Source: Candidatus Woesearchaeota archaeon
Lineage (GTDB): Archaea; Nanobdellota; Nanobdellia; Woesearchaeales; UBA11576
Length of the DNA stretch: 64,000 nucleotides
Direction of reading: 5' to 3'
Assembly (NCBI GenBank): GCA_018675335.1
Contig: JABGYH010000007.1
Location: 111,902-175,901, forward strand
Below, piece by piece: positions 19,752 to 30,593 of the stretch (position 1 is the stretch's first letter; each line of letters begins with the position of its first letter). The position numbers and the translations under genes were made by a program. The notes below the pieces were generated by a model. The model was not told the origin of the DNA and did not search any database. It saw only the letters and a list, made by a program, of their open reading frames with translations.

Positions 19752-19900
19752 GATAACAATAATAATGCCCATAATAATGAGAAGAATCATAATTCATCGT
19801 GTTAATATTTAATAGCGAAAACCTTTAAATAGTATAATAATAAAATCATATATTAATATAATTTTTGAATTACAATTTGAATAATTAAATTATAAGAAAA

Positions 19901-21925
19901 ATGGTCTCAAAAACAACTAAAAAAACTATCAATGCAAAAAAAACTGCTAAAAAAGAATCTAAATCTAACACCAAAATTGATTCTAAAAAGACTACTAAAA
20001 CAGTCGCAGCTAAAAAAAATCCTAATTCAATTAATCCTAAATTAACACCAAAAGCAAAATTTGCAAAATTTAAAGATACTTCAGAGATTACTGTATCAAA
20101 AAGTCTTGTTCATCAAGTTATAGGACAAGAAAATGCAGTAGAAATTGTAAAAAAAGCATCAAAACAAAGAAGACATGTTTTTCTTATTGGTGAACCTGGA
20201 ACTGGAAAAAGTATGTTAGGTTTAGCACTCGCAGAACTTCTTCCAAAAGAAAAATTAGTAGACATTGTTGCATTCCCAAACCCGAATGATGAAAATTCAC
20301 CATTAATTCGAACAGTTCCAGCAGGAGAAGGAAGAACACTTGTTGCAAAAAATAGATTACAATCAAATAACATATTCAAAAATCAAAATATACTCATGTT
20401 CGCATTACTTATTGTTGCAATGATTGCGCCTTGGTGGGCAAGATCCCATTACAACTCAGACATAATGTTTGCAGCATTTTTCTTAGGATCAATGATATTT
20501 TTAGCAGCATTTGTTTTATTTATGAATTTAGGCAAAAAAATGCCTGGAAAAAACCAATCACCAAAAGTAATTGTTGATAATTTTGGAAAAAACCAAGCAG
20601 CATTTTTTGATGCAACTGGAAGTCATGCAGGTGCACTTCTTGGAGATGTATTACACGACCCATTTCAATCAGGAGGACTTGGAACTCCCGCTCATGAAAG
20701 AGTAGTTGCAGGAATGATACATAAAGCAAACAAAGGAGTTTTATTTGTTGACGAAGTTGCAATACTACAACCACACACACAACAAGAATTATTATCCGCA
20801 TTACAAGAAAGAAAATTTTCAATTACTGGACAAAGTGAACGAAGTGCTGGCGCCATGGTTAGAACAGAACCCGTTCCTTGTGATTTTGTACTTGTTGCTG
20901 CAGGAAATTTAGAAACTGTAAAACACATGCACCCGGCATTAAGATCTAGAATTCGAGGATATGGTTACGAAGTATATATGAAAGAAACAATGCATGACAC
21001 TGAACAAAATAGGTGGAAACTTGCAGTATTTATTTCACAAGAAGTTAACAAAGATACCAAAATACCTCACTTTAGTAAAGAAGCAGTAATGGAAATAATT
21101 GAAGAAGCAAGACGAAGAGCTAATAGAAAAAATCATTTAACTGTAAGACTTCGAGAACTAGGTGGACTAGTAAGAGCTGCAGGAGATTTAGCTAGCGAAG
21201 AAGGTGCAAAACTAGTTGAGAAAATACATGTTACTAATGCAAAAAAAGTTGCGAGAACGCTCGAACATCAAATTGCTGATAAATATATTGAACACAAAAA
21301 AGAATATGAAGTAATAAGAACTCATGGAACTCGAATTGGCCGCGTAAATGGACTTGCAGTAATTGGTGCAGGATCAACACACAGCGGAATTATTTCCCCA
21401 CTAGAATCTCAAGTTACACCAGGCGGAAAACAAAAAGAGTTTATTGCAACTGGAAAACTTGGAGAAATTGCAAAAGAATCAGTAATTAATGTAAGCGCAA
21501 TTGTTAAAAAATATTTCGGAGATGATTTACTCGAGAAATATGATGTATATGTTCAATTTTTACAAACCTATGAAGGAGTGGAAGGAGATAGCGCAAGTAT
21601 TGCAATTGCCACATCAATTGTTTCTGCACTTAAACAAATTCCAATCAAACAAACAGTTGCAATGACCGGAAGTCTTTCTGTACGTGGAGAAGTATTACCT
21701 ATTGGAGGTGTTAGTAGCAAAGTAGATGCTGCAATTGATGCAGGAATTAAAACAGTAATTGTTCCTAAATCAAACTTAAAAGATATTGTTGTAGATCCAG
21801 AAAAGTTAAAGAAAATTAACTTAATTCCTGTTGAAACAATCAGCCAAGTATTACAACAAGCACTTGATTGGAAAGGACATGAAAGTTTGTTAAAGAAAGT
21901 TAAGAAAATGAATGGTTGTGATTAA
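19901..21925 (+). CDS. lonB: Archaeal membrane-bound Lon protease (LonB) with a Lys-rich N-terminal extension
   Basis: [11 protein letters not shown] Walker A, two TM helices inserted in the AAA domain, C-terminal Lon protease domain ([11 protein letters not shown], Ser-Lys dyad). Confidence 0.85.
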   Translation: MVSKTTKKTINAKKTAKKESKSNTKIDSKKTTKTVAAKKNPNSINPKLTPKAKFAKFKDTSEITVSKSLVHQVIGQENAVEIVKKASKQRRHVFLIGEPGTGKSMLGLALAELLPKEKLVDIVAFPNPNDENSPLIRTVPAGEGRTLVAKNRLQSNNIFKNQNILMFALLIVAMIAPWWARSHYNSDIMFAAFFLGSMIFLAAFVLFMNLGKKMPGKNQSPKVIVDNFGKNQAAFFDATGSHAGALLGDVLHDPFQSGGLGTPAHERVVAGMIHKANKGVLFVDEVAILQPHTQQELLSALQERKFSITGQSERSAGAMVRTEPVPCDFVLVAAGNLETVKHMHPALRSRIRGYGYEVYMKETMHDTEQNRWKLAVFISQEVNKDTKIPHFSKEAVMEIIEEARRRANRKNHLTVRLRELGGLVRAAGDLASEEGAKLVEKIHVTNAKKVARTLEHQIADKYIEHKKEYEVIRTHGTRIGRVNGLAVIGAGSTHSGIISPLESQVTPGGKQKEFIATGKLGEIAKESVINVSAIVKKYFGDDLLEKYDVYVQFLQTYEGVEGDSASIAIATSIVSALKQIPIKQTVAMTGSLSVRGEVLPIGGVSSKVDAAIDAGIKTVIVPKSNLKDIVVDPEKLKKINLIPVETISQVLQQALDWKGHESLLKKVKKMNGCD

Positions 21926-22028
21926 AAATTTTTTATTAATATTTTTATTATTTTTATTTCTTAAATTTTATTAATTTATTAAAAAAAAATAAACAGTTTA
22001 GAAATTATTGTGTTAGTTTTAATAGAAC

Positions 22029-23087
22029 TTATTCAACCATTTCTTGACGCCACAAACCTTTAGTTGCATCCACAAGAACTAACCTTACATGAGGTGCTTT
22101 GCCCGCATCGTAAACCTCAATACTATCGGAAGTTAAAACGCACTTGTGAAGACTAACTTCTTGATCTGTAAGAATCTTATACTGAGTAACCAAATGAGTT
22201 GTCATCTTCTCAAAATCTTCTGCAACTTCATGAAAATTCAAAAAAAACGTGTTGATTCCCTCTTGTTCTAATGCTTCATGAATTTTAATAGGTTTAATTT
22301 TTAATTGCCTTGTACGCACGTATTCATTTTTACGATACAACTGATTTTTATCTGCAAATAACAAATAAGTCATAACTGCTTCAGGAAACAATTCTCGTAA
22401 TGGCTCAAATAAATTTGAAACTAATTTAGGTTCTTCAATATCTAACGCACCAGTTTTTGCTTCTAACACAACTAAATGTCTTTGCCTATAAAACCTATAA
22501 TCAAACAAACCATCTAATTCTTTAACTGCAGTATAACCATAATCATCCTCCCCTGTAGATCTTAAAATAACCATATTAGGATAACCTGCAATTTTTAAAA
22601 TATGATCAGGAGTGTGCCTTACAATATACCCTTCACGATCTTGCGGATCAAACCTTGAATCAAATAACCCACCCATTTTTCCAGAAGACGAAAGTCTACG
22701 AAGAAAATATTTTGTAATCCTTCTTGCAATACGTTCAGAAAGTTCACCACGTAAATCTCTCACCCTATTTTCGAGAGGAGTTTCTAATTCATCACTTTCT
22801 CCACTTTCAATTAAAATTTGTTTATGTGTTTGTGCAAAATTCAACAAATCTTCAACAGTAAACAAATCAAAACTCAACCCATCGAGATTGTATTCAATAA
22901 GAACTCTATGAGGGAGATCTCTACCCCTGTTAATCCCATCATTTTGATTGTGCAATGCGTAACCAGTTTTAAACCCATGATTTCCCCGCGTAGAATATAT
23001 TAATTTACCATTTCTTGGAGCCCACTGCACAGGTGATTGAATAACAAAAGGAGACGAATAACGATCTGATTCATTATGATTTTGCAT
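22029..23087 (-). CDS. Hypothetical protein with a possible PD-(D/E)xK nuclease-like motif (ELDGLFD ... VVLEAKTG)
   Basis: 352-aa ORF with GC and amino-acid composition distinct from its neighbours (R/H/Y-rich). D...ExK pattern seen. No other family recognised. Confidence 0.45.
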   Translation of the reverse strand: MQNHNESDRYSSPFVIQSPVQWAPRNGKLIYSTRGNHGFKTGYALHNQNDGINRGRDLPHRVLIEYNLDGLSFDLFTVEDLLNFAQTHKQILIESGESDELETPLENRVRDLRGELSERIARRITKYFLRRLSSSGKMGGLFDSRFDPQDREGYIVRHTPDHILKIAGYPNMVILRSTGEDDYGYTAVKELDGLFDYRFYRQRHLVVLEAKTGALDIEEPKLVSNLFEPLRELFPEAVMTYLLFADKNQLYRKNEYVRTRQLKIKPIKIHEALEQEGINTFFLNFHEVAEDFEKMTTHLVTQYKILTDQEVSLHKCVLTSDSIEVYDAGKAPHVRLVLVDATKGLWRQEMVE

Positions 23088-23159
23088 GAAGAAAAAAAGG
23101 TGTTTTAAGTTTTAAAATGATTATTGTGATCCAATTTATATTGTGGAGTTTTGGTAAAA

Positions 23160-24167
23160 TCACCAATAAACATCAATATCATCAGTTCTAAGATATGGCT
23201 CAATATTAGCATTTTCGGGAAGAGTAATTCCTCCAGCTTTGTGCATGAGAATTCCAAGCCACGCAATCATCAAACCATTATCAACATTAACTTCAACTGG
23301 AAGAGAATATGATTTTGCATCTCGTTCTTTACACATAATAGAACACATTTCTTGAAGCCTTAAACTAGACGCGACACCGCCTCCGAGAAGAAGCTCTTTT
23401 TTACCGCAATGCGCCATAGCACGCTCACTAACTTCAACTAACGCTGCAAAAGATACTTCTTGCATACTATACGCTAAATCTTCTTTAGAATAAATTTCGG
23501 ACTTAAACTTTTGTTTTAAATTTGTGAGAAGCCCACCTAAACTAATGTCCATCCCTTTAACAACATAGGGCAATTCAATCAACGGTTTTGGATTTTTAGA
23601 ATTTGGATTAATATCACTCTTTAAAGAAAGTTGATATAATTTAGGCCCTCCCGGAAAACCCAAACCAATATGTCTTGCAAAACTATCAAGAAAATTGCCA
23701 ATTCCCATATCAAGTGTTTCACCAAATACTCTATACTTGCCACCTTCATAAGCAATAATTTGAGTATTCGCACCAGATGCGTACAAAAAGACTGGATCTT
23801 TTGCAGGACTCATCAACTTACCAATTTCAAGATGTGCAATACAATGATTAACTCCAATTAATGGAATATCATATTCGAGTGCAATTGCTCGTGCAACCAT
23901 CGCACCAATTCTTAAACAATTACCAATACCCGGACTTTGCGAAAATGCAATAAGATCAATTTTAGATAAAGTCAAATTAGCTTTTTCTAAAGCTTGATCA
24001 AGAATTTTTTCAAAATTTAATAAATGATGTTCTGCTGCTTTTGCAGGAATAATTCCCCCTTCTTCTGTTGTGTAGAGAATTCTCTCATTAGCAAGCTTTT
24101 TACCCGAATCATCAATAATTCCAACTCCAAACGTGTGTGCTGTGCTTTCGATACCTAAACAAATCAT
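23160..24167 (-). CDS. kae1: tRNA N6-threonylcarbamoyladenosine synthase Kae1 (KEOPS catalytic subunit)
   Basis: ASKHA fold: MICLGIESTAHTFGVGI, HxxxH-like CIAHLE, GGVASSLRLQ. Confidence 0.85.
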   Translation of the reverse strand: MICLGIESTAHTFGVGIIDDSGKKLANERILYTTEEGGIIPAKAAEHHLLNFEKILDQALEKANLTLSKIDLIAFSQSPGIGNCLRIGAMVARAIALEYDIPLIGVNHCIAHLEIGKLMSPAKDPVFLYASGANTQIIAYEGGKYRVFGETLDMGIGNFLDSFARHIGLGFPGGPKLYQLSLKSDINPNSKNPKPLIELPYVVKGMDISLGGLLTNLKQKFKSEIYSKEDLAYSMQEVSFAALVEVSERAMAHCGKKELLLGGGVASSLRLQEMCSIMCKERDAKSYSLPVEVNVDNGLMIAWLGILMHKAGGITLPENANIEPYLRTDDIDVYW

Positions 24168-24385
24168 AAAAAATGCCTCACAAAAAATAGTTTATTAATT
24201 TATGAATAACCGTCAATAAATAATATTTTATAAATGATGTTTCATAAAAATATCATACTTAACAAAGTAAATATTGAAAAAAAAGCGTTAAAATGCTTTA
24301 ATCAATCAAATAAGGGCAAAATAAACTAATTTCCCCCTAAAACCACCAAAAACAATATATAGTATAAATAGTTTTTCCAAAAAAA

Positions 24386-26332
24386 ATGGCATTTGAAAAA
24401 AAATCTCCAACAGAGGAAGAATTTTTAGTACAAATAAAAGCCAATAATCCAAATGCAAACTTCGAATTAATTCAAAAAGCATACCGCTTTGCAGAAAATG
24501 CGCACAAAGGACAAAAAAGAGAATCAGGCGAAGATTTTTTTATTCATCCCTTGCAAACTGCAACAATTCTAGTACAATTAAAAGCTGACACTGCAACTAT
24601 TTGTGCAGCACTATTACATGATACAGTAGAAGACACCCCTAATTCAATCGACGTAGTTCGAAAAGAATTTGGAGAGGAAATTGCCGTACTTGTTGAAGGA
24701 GTTACCAAAACACAAGGCATTTGGTTTGATTCAAAAGAAGAATACAAAGCAGAAAATCTTCGTAAAATACTTCTTGCAACAACAAAAGACTTCAGAGTTA
24801 TAGTTGTCAGACTTGCAGACAGACTCCACAATATGCGAACTCTTTCTTATTTTAGAGAAGATAAACAAAAAAGAATAGCAAAAGAAACAATGGAAATTTA
24901 TGCACCCATCGCACACAAATTAGGAATTTGGAGAATTAAAGGAGAGTTAGAAGATTTATCATTAAGATATTTAGATTACAAAACATACAGCATTCTACGA
25001 GAAAAAATAGCTGAGAAAAGAGGAGAACGAGAAAAAGCAACAACTGATCTTACTCAACAAATAAAAGATGCACTAAAAAAAGAAGGAATCGATGCAGATG
25101 TAAAAGGACGTGCAAAATATTTCTACTCAATATATAAAAAGATGACAAAAAAGAATCGTCGCTTTGATGAAATATATGATTTAATAGCATTCAGAATAGT
25201 TACTTCTCGCGTCGAGGAATGCTATAAAGCAGTTGAAATAATAAATAAATTATTCACACCTCACCCAGAAAGATTTAAAGATTATGTAGCACACCCGAAA
25301 GCCAACGAATACCAATCAATACACATGACTGTAGGGTATAAGAAAAAATTACTCGAAGTTCAAATAAGAACTAATGATATGGACCACATCGCAGAAGAAG
25401 GAATTGCTGCACACTGGAGATACAAAGGAACAGAACGAGACAAGAAATTTGATAGAAAAATTGCCTGGTTAAAACAAATTCTTGATTGGAAACGAAAATC
25501 AAAAAACGCAATAGAATTCGTCGAGTCACTAAAAATAGATTTATTTGAAAATGAAATAATAGTTTTTACTCCACAAGGAGATCCGATTTCATTACCTGAA
25601 TGTGCAACCCCTGTTGATTTCGCATATGCAGTCCATAGTAATTTAGGAAATCAATGCAGTAAAACAAAAGTCAATAATAAAATCGAATCACTAGATTACG
25701 AACTTCACAGCGGAGATGTTGTCGAAGTAATCACTCAAAAAAATGCTAAACCCTCTAGGTCGTGGCTTAATTTTGTAAAAACAACTAAAGCAAAAAGTAA
25801 AATTAGAATTTTCTTAGAAATCAAACCCGATAAAAAACTTGGAGATAAAAAACGAAAAGCAATAGCTCGCGGCGAACTTGAAGAAAAAATACCCGTACTT
25901 GAAAATATACTAATCCACGGAAAAGATTCTGGCAAAAATAATTTAATAAAATTGTCAGGATGTTGTGAAATAAAACATGGAGAAAAAATAGTTGGATTTT
26001 ATACAAAAGAAAAAAAAATAAGCATCCACAAACAGGGATGTATCAATATTCACTCACTTGATTCAAATCGCGAAGTAAAATTAAGTTGGATAGTTCCAAA
26101 AGATTATAATATTAAAAAACTCAAAGTATTTGTTGATGATAGGCCAGGAGTTTTAGCAGATATTTTAAACTATTTGGGAACCAAACAAATCAAAGTTAAA
26201 TCTGTTAATACAAGAGCTAAGAAAAAGAAAATACTACTAACATTCAAAATAGAACTTTCTGATGAGAATAAATTAAATAAAACGATTCAAGAAATAAGTG
26301 AAATCCGAGATGTTATTGAAACTAGAATTTAA
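24386..26332 (+). CDS. Long RelA/SpoT-homologue (p)ppGpp synthetase/hydrolase: HD + synthetase + TGS + ACT domains
   Basis: HD: HPLQTATILVQL...LHDTVEDT. Synthetase: DLIAFRIVT...YQSIHMTV. TGS: IVFTPQGDPISLPECATPVDFAYAVHS. C-terminal ACT-like region. Confidence 0.85.
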   Translation: MAFEKKSPTEEEFLVQIKANNPNANFELIQKAYRFAENAHKGQKRESGEDFFIHPLQTATILVQLKADTATICAALLHDTVEDTPNSIDVVRKEFGEEIAVLVEGVTKTQGIWFDSKEEYKAENLRKILLATTKDFRVIVVRLADRLHNMRTLSYFREDKQKRIAKETMEIYAPIAHKLGIWRIKGELEDLSLRYLDYKTYSILREKIAEKRGEREKATTDLTQQIKDALKKEGIDADVKGRAKYFYSIYKKMTKKNRRFDEIYDLIAFRIVTSRVEECYKAVEIINKLFTPHPERFKDYVAHPKANEYQSIHMTVGYKKKLLEVQIRTNDMDHIAEEGIAAHWRYKGTERDKKFDRKIAWLKQILDWKRKSKNAIEFVESLKIDLFENEIIVFTPQGDPISLPECATPVDFAYAVHSNLGNQCSKTKVNNKIESLDYELHSGDVVEVITQKNAKPSRSWLNFVKTTKAKSKIRIFLEIKPDKKLGDKKRKAIARGELEEKIPVLENILIHGKDSGKNNLIKLSGCCEIKHGEKIVGFYTKEKKISIHKQGCINIHSLDSNREVKLSWIVPKDYNIKKLKVFVDDRPGVLADILNYLGTKQIKVKSVNTRAKKKKILLTFKIELSDENKLNKTIQEISEIRDVIETRI

Positions 26333-26394
26333 GAATATACTTCAAAATATATCTTTTAGTAAAGTTTAAATAATAGCTTTTTATCATTAGGCAC

Positions 26395-26733
26395 ATGGAA
26401 GAAACAAAAAGCCAAGAAACCATAGAAAAATTCAAAATAAAGACCAAAAGCGTCCTAATAAGTAGATTGCCCCGTAAAGAAGGCGATGACTTCAAAACAG
26501 TGGTTTTAAAGCTTTATGACATCAATAACCCACATAAAACCGCAGAGTTTCCTACTAAAACACTAGAATTCGCTAATAATGAGAAAGTAAGAATTAGACG
26601 ACTTAATGTTTCATACTATATGGAAGGCAATGATATTGTAATAAACGACTTAGAAGAAATATATATAGAAAAACGACCTAAAAAGCTTTTACTACGAGGA
26701 TATCAAGTCGAAGTAGAAGAAAGAGACGAATAA
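26395..26733 (+). CDS. Hypothetical protein (112 aa)
   Basis: ORF immediately downstream of the RSH gene on the same strand. No motif recognised. Confidence 0.4.
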   Translation: MEETKSQETIEKFKIKTKSVLISRLPRKEGDDFKTVVLKLYDINNPHKTAEFPTKTLEFANNEKVRIRRLNVSYYMEGNDIVINDLEEIYIEKRPKKLLLRGYQVEVEERDE

Positions 26734-26793
26734 AAAAAAGAAAAAAAATATGTTCTAATTTATTATTTTTTAAAAATAACAAACTAAATCTAA

Positions 26794-27531
26794 TTATATT
26801 TTTCCAACTAACACAACCGAATCTCCCGAATCATAATCTAATTCTAAAACATCTTTAAAAAATGCAGATGCTTTTTTATGATGTTGAACTTGATCATACA
26901 AGCAACGACCATAAAGTCCCCTAATTACCATTCGATCATCAGGCAATTTTGGTGTTGGAACTGCCAGTGCAATATCGCGGATGGTTTCAGGAATGGCCCC
27001 TTCAGACAATGCAACATTTGGAAATAACTCTGACACCAGATTACTCGTTGCAGCATAAATAACTGGATTTTGAGTTCGCATAACTAAATAATCGAATCCC
27101 GATTCTGAAAGATCACTTATTGCGCGTTTGTTAACTTCGTAAAAATGTTTATGTTTTTGAATTTCTTTTTCTAACACAACACCTTTAAGATGTAAAATTT
27201 TTTGACCCTTATGCTCAATAAATTTATATGAACAAAAACCCTTAATTTTATCACCATACGAAATCAGATAAAGCGCATCACAATTAAATGCATTATCCCT
27301 TACTTCTTCAATAGGGATGTCAGTTCCAAACCCATCTCTTGCAATCCCTAACAGAATATCAGTTAATTCATCTTGATTAGCACCCCTAAAAACTTCTCCC
27401 GGAGCTCTTACTAAATCAACTCGAACATCGGAGAGACCCAAACGTTTACCTAAAGAATGATTTCTTGCAAAATCACTCGCCATTAATTCTTTTGTTACCC
27501 CTTCTGTAAATATTAAATCTCCAAATACCAT
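26794..27531 (-). CDS. Hypothetical protein (245 aa)
   Basis: Clean ORF. A GNAT-like core is possible, but the Q/RxxGxG/A motif was not found. Confidence 0.4.
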   Translation of the reverse strand: MVFGDLIFTEGVTKELMASDFARNHSLGKRLGLSDVRVDLVRAPGEVFRGANQDELTDILLGIARDGFGTDIPIEEVRDNAFNCDALYLISYGDKIKGFCSYKFIEHKGQKILHLKGVVLEKEIQKHKHFYEVNKRAISDLSESGFDYLVMRTQNPVIYAATSNLVSELFPNVALSEGAIPETIRDIALAVPTPKLPDDRMVIRGLYGRCLYDQVQHHKKASAFFKDVLELDYDSGDSVVLVGKI

Positions 27532-27977
27532 TTTTTTATTCCTCCAATAAAATCTAATTATTAATTTTTATAATTTAATTTAGCGCCATAGCTAAACCTA
27601 GCTAAAACCTAATAATTCGTTGTGACAAATATTTTATGAAAAACACATTTGTCGTCGATAAAACTAACGTTAAAAACTAGTTTAATTACTAAAATCGCCA
27701 GCGTTTAACCTTGTTAAAGAAAAAGAAACAGATAAAACTAAGTGATTCAAAAACAAAACAATGAGACATAAGTGCAACTAACGAAAAGAAATTATTGCCC
27801 TTGCCAGGCACAACCACCCAATATAATTGATGATTTCATAGTATTAATTAAACGAGTTCATAGTTTATAAGTCTTTTGGATGAAAAATTATTCAAAATAA
27901 AGATTAAACCAAATAATTAGGTGAACTGCAAACATACAAAAAATATACAGAATTTAAAATACCAACTGAATTAAACA

Positions 27978-28415
27978 TCATTCAAAATTAAATCCTTCTC
28001 GTTTTATGTCTTCCAAAATATAATGAATTTCAGTGTTAGCAATATTAAATACGTCAAGCGACTCAATAAAATAATCCAATTCGCGCACATTACGATGTAC
28101 TGTTTCTGCGATAAAATCCCACCCATTGTTAATTTTAAATAAATTATTCACAGACTTATGAAGTAAAAGATGAGATCTTAATCTATTCCTAAAAATAGGA
28201 TCACATTTTATGAAAATTTGTGCTTTAACATCAAAACCCAATTCAGAAAAATTAAGTAAAATTGTTGAATGAGAAATAATCTGATGTTTTAAAAACTTTA
28301 AAGAATCAAAAAGAGTAGAAATAGGAATATTTGTTTTTTTACTAATAACCGTAAGTTTTTGCCTAGAATCTACCCTTAGCTGAGTTAACAGCTTTATATT
28401 TTTTGAATCCAACAT
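27978..28415 (-). CDS. Lrp/AsnC-family regulator (single HTH+RAM)
   Basis: HTH followed by a KINNGWDF RAM-type segment. Paralogue of 29484..29936. Confidence 0.65.
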   Translation of the reverse strand: MLDSKNIKLLTQLRVDSRQKLTVISKKTNIPISTLFDSLKFLKHQIISHSTILLNFSELGFDVKAQIFIKCDPIFRNRLRSHLLLHKSVNNLFKINNGWDFIAETVHRNVRELDYFIESLDVFNIANTEIHYILEDIKREGFNFE

Positions 28416-28502
28416 AATACCAACATAATAATCAAACCAGTATTAAAAAGCAGTTACCAAAAAAGTTAACTTTTTAAAATAAACCACCTTAACAAATTTA
28501 TA

Positions 28503-29468
28503 ATGTTAATTGATGCGATAAATAACAAAATTTTAGCAGAATTAGATCAGAACTCTCGCGCTCAATATTCTACAATTGCAAAAAAACTTAAATTAAGCAA
28601 ACAATCAATAAAAAAACGTATCGACAAATTAATAGATGAAAAAATAATAACTCAATTTACGACAATTATAAATTCTGCAATCTATCCATTAAACCCTGCT
28701 CAAATATTTATTTCACTCCATAACACTTCAAAAGATGATAAAGAAAAAATCGTTTTGGAACTATTTAATAATTTCAAAATACCCCAATTAACTGTTTGTG
28801 ATGGGACCTATGATCTTTTCTTCGGATTACGTGCAGAAAACATTAGAGAATTTGATTGCGAATTAAGAAAAATATGCACTAAATATTCTAGCCACATCAA
28901 AGACCGAAAAATTATCCAGTTAGTTGAAACCAAATTACTTCCAAGAACTTTTTTGACTGGAAAAAAAAGAGAAATAATTCCCTCAGATAAAGGATTTCAC
29001 TCTAAAATAAATAAAACTCAACTTAGTCCATTAAAAGAAATGGATTATGCAATTCTAAATAAACTCGCAGAAAATCCTAAAATCAGTTATGTTTCGTTAG
29101 CAAATGAACTAAATATTACAACACAAACTGCAATGAATAAAGTTAAAAATTTAGAAAAATCAAACATCATCATAGGCTATTCTTACCTTTTAGATGCACA
29201 TAAATTTGTTCATTATCAACTTTTACTTGCATTCACAACAATCACCAAAGAATTAGACCAAAAACTAAACAATTATTTTTTGATCAATCCCAACGTGATT
29301 TTTGTTAGTAAAACTTTAGGCGAATTTGATTACACAATCGCGTTTGAAACTAATAATTTTGAAGACTACAGAAAATTCAATGAAGAATTTAAAAAAGAAT
29401 TTTCAACACACCTAAAAAGTTTTGTCCCACTTTTAGTTACTGACTTTGTAAAATTAAAATTTCTTTAA
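28503..29468 (+). CDS. Tandem-fused Lrp/AsnC-family regulator (two modules)
   Basis: Two HTH segments (NNKILAELDQNSRAQYSTIAKKL / DYAILNKLAENPKISYVSLANEL), each followed by a RAM-like domain. Confidence 0.65.
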   Translation: MLIDAINNKILAELDQNSRAQYSTIAKKLKLSKQSIKKRIDKLIDEKIITQFTTIINSAIYPLNPAQIFISLHNTSKDDKEKIVLELFNNFKIPQLTVCDGTYDLFFGLRAENIREFDCELRKICTKYSSHIKDRKIIQLVETKLLPRTFLTGKKREIIPSDKGFHSKINKTQLSPLKEMDYAILNKLAENPKISYVSLANELNITTQTAMNKVKNLEKSNIIIGYSYLLDAHKFVHYQLLLAFTTITKELDQKLNNYFLINPNVIFVSKTLGEFDYTIAFETNNFEDYRKFNEEFKKEFSTHLKSFVPLLVTDFVKLKFL

Positions 29469-29483
29469 AAAAAATTACCTTAA

Positions 29484-29936
29484 TTAAACTGCATGATCAG
29501 GTTTAAACTCTTCTTTTTTAATCTCATCAATTAAATAATGAATCTCTTGATTTTCTAAACCAAATCTTTGAGATATGTTTTCTAAAAAAAAATCTAAATC
29601 TTTTACATTAGGGTGTATTGTTTCAATCATAAAATCCCACCCATTATTTATTTTATAAAACGAATTAACCGAGTTATTACAACTCAAGTGATTTCGTAAA
29701 GACTCTTTTGACTCCCCTGACGTTTTTAAAAAAACCATTGCCCGAGTATGATATCCTAATTCAGAAAAATTAAGTAACACAGTATTTTTATGAATAATAT
29801 TTTTTTGAAGAATTTTTATCGAATCAAATAGAGTCGAAACTGGAACTCCCGTTGTCTTACTAATCTTAGTTAGTTTTTCCCTAGAATTATCTCTTAGACA
29901 AGATATTAGTTTTATTAGTTTTTCATTCATAAACAA
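29484..29936 (-). CDS. Lrp/AsnC-family regulator, paralogue of 27978..28415
   Basis: About 50% identical to the 27978..28415 product (VSTLFDS..., LLNFSELG, KINNGWDF). Confidence 0.65.
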   Translation of the reverse strand: MFMNEKLIKLISCLRDNSREKLTKISKTTGVPVSTLFDSIKILQKNIIHKNTVLLNFSELGYHTRAMVFLKTSGESKESLRNHLSCNNSVNSFYKINNGWDFMIETIHPNVKDLDFFLENISQRFGLENQEIHYLIDEIKKEEFKPDHAV

Positions 29937-30160
29937 ATCAACTCACAATCCGGAAAAATTTTGGCGAAAACACCTATTCCCATCAACCTAATAACACTTA
30001 AGTAAAACTAACTTTTAATAATTCGGATTTTTGATTGTAATAAAAAAAGTAGATCCAAAAAATTTGTGCTCAATACCGGAAGAAATACAACAAAACTGCA
30101 AGTATTATGAACACTCAACAATTATCGTAAAAACTACGGGAAAAAATCAAGTTAGAAAAC

Positions 30161-30562
30161 TTACTTTTTCTTAGAAATTGCAGACTTTTTTTGAGATTTA
30201 AGTTTAGACCTATTTTGAGATTTAAGTTTAGACTTAGTTTTCCTTTTGTTGTTTAATTCAGTAACCTTTCTAATACCTCGTTTTGTTTGACGAGTAACAT
30301 GATTAAATGATTTTTTGTGCAAATCATAATACCAATGCTTAGCTGCCTTGTAACCTTCCCTGCCACAAAGATAAACCCCAAAAAATAACAACACCCAAGT
30401 TAAAATATAAATATAAAAATTAATTTTGATAAATAAACTTGCAGAAGCAGGATGCAGAATATATAAAAAAGTACCAGGTTTTGTAATAAACCCTACAATG
30501 AAGCTTATAATAATAAGAAGAAACCCTACCAAAAATCTGATTGAATGATCTTTTATATCCAT
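30161..30562 (-). CDS. Small membrane protein with a Lys/Ser-rich C-terminal tail
   Basis: Two TM helices plus a KSKLKSQ repeat tail. Confidence 0.4.
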   Translation of the reverse strand: MDIKDHSIRFLVGFLLIIISFIVGFITKPGTFLYILHPASASLFIKINFYIYILTWVLLFFGVYLCGREGYKAAKHWYYDLHKKSFNHVTRQTKRGIRKVTELNNKRKTKSKLKSQNRSKLKSQKKSAISKKK

Positions 30563-30593
30563 TATTACACAAAATAACTAAAAACGCGTTAAC

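Noticed and set aside
27532-27977. Possible C/D-box sRNA in the 445-bp gap (UGAUGA at about 27830, short hairpin GACAAAT/ATTTGTC at about 27632-27662)
   Set aside because: I could not locate matching D/D' boxes or a terminal stem. The evidence is too weak to call a feature.
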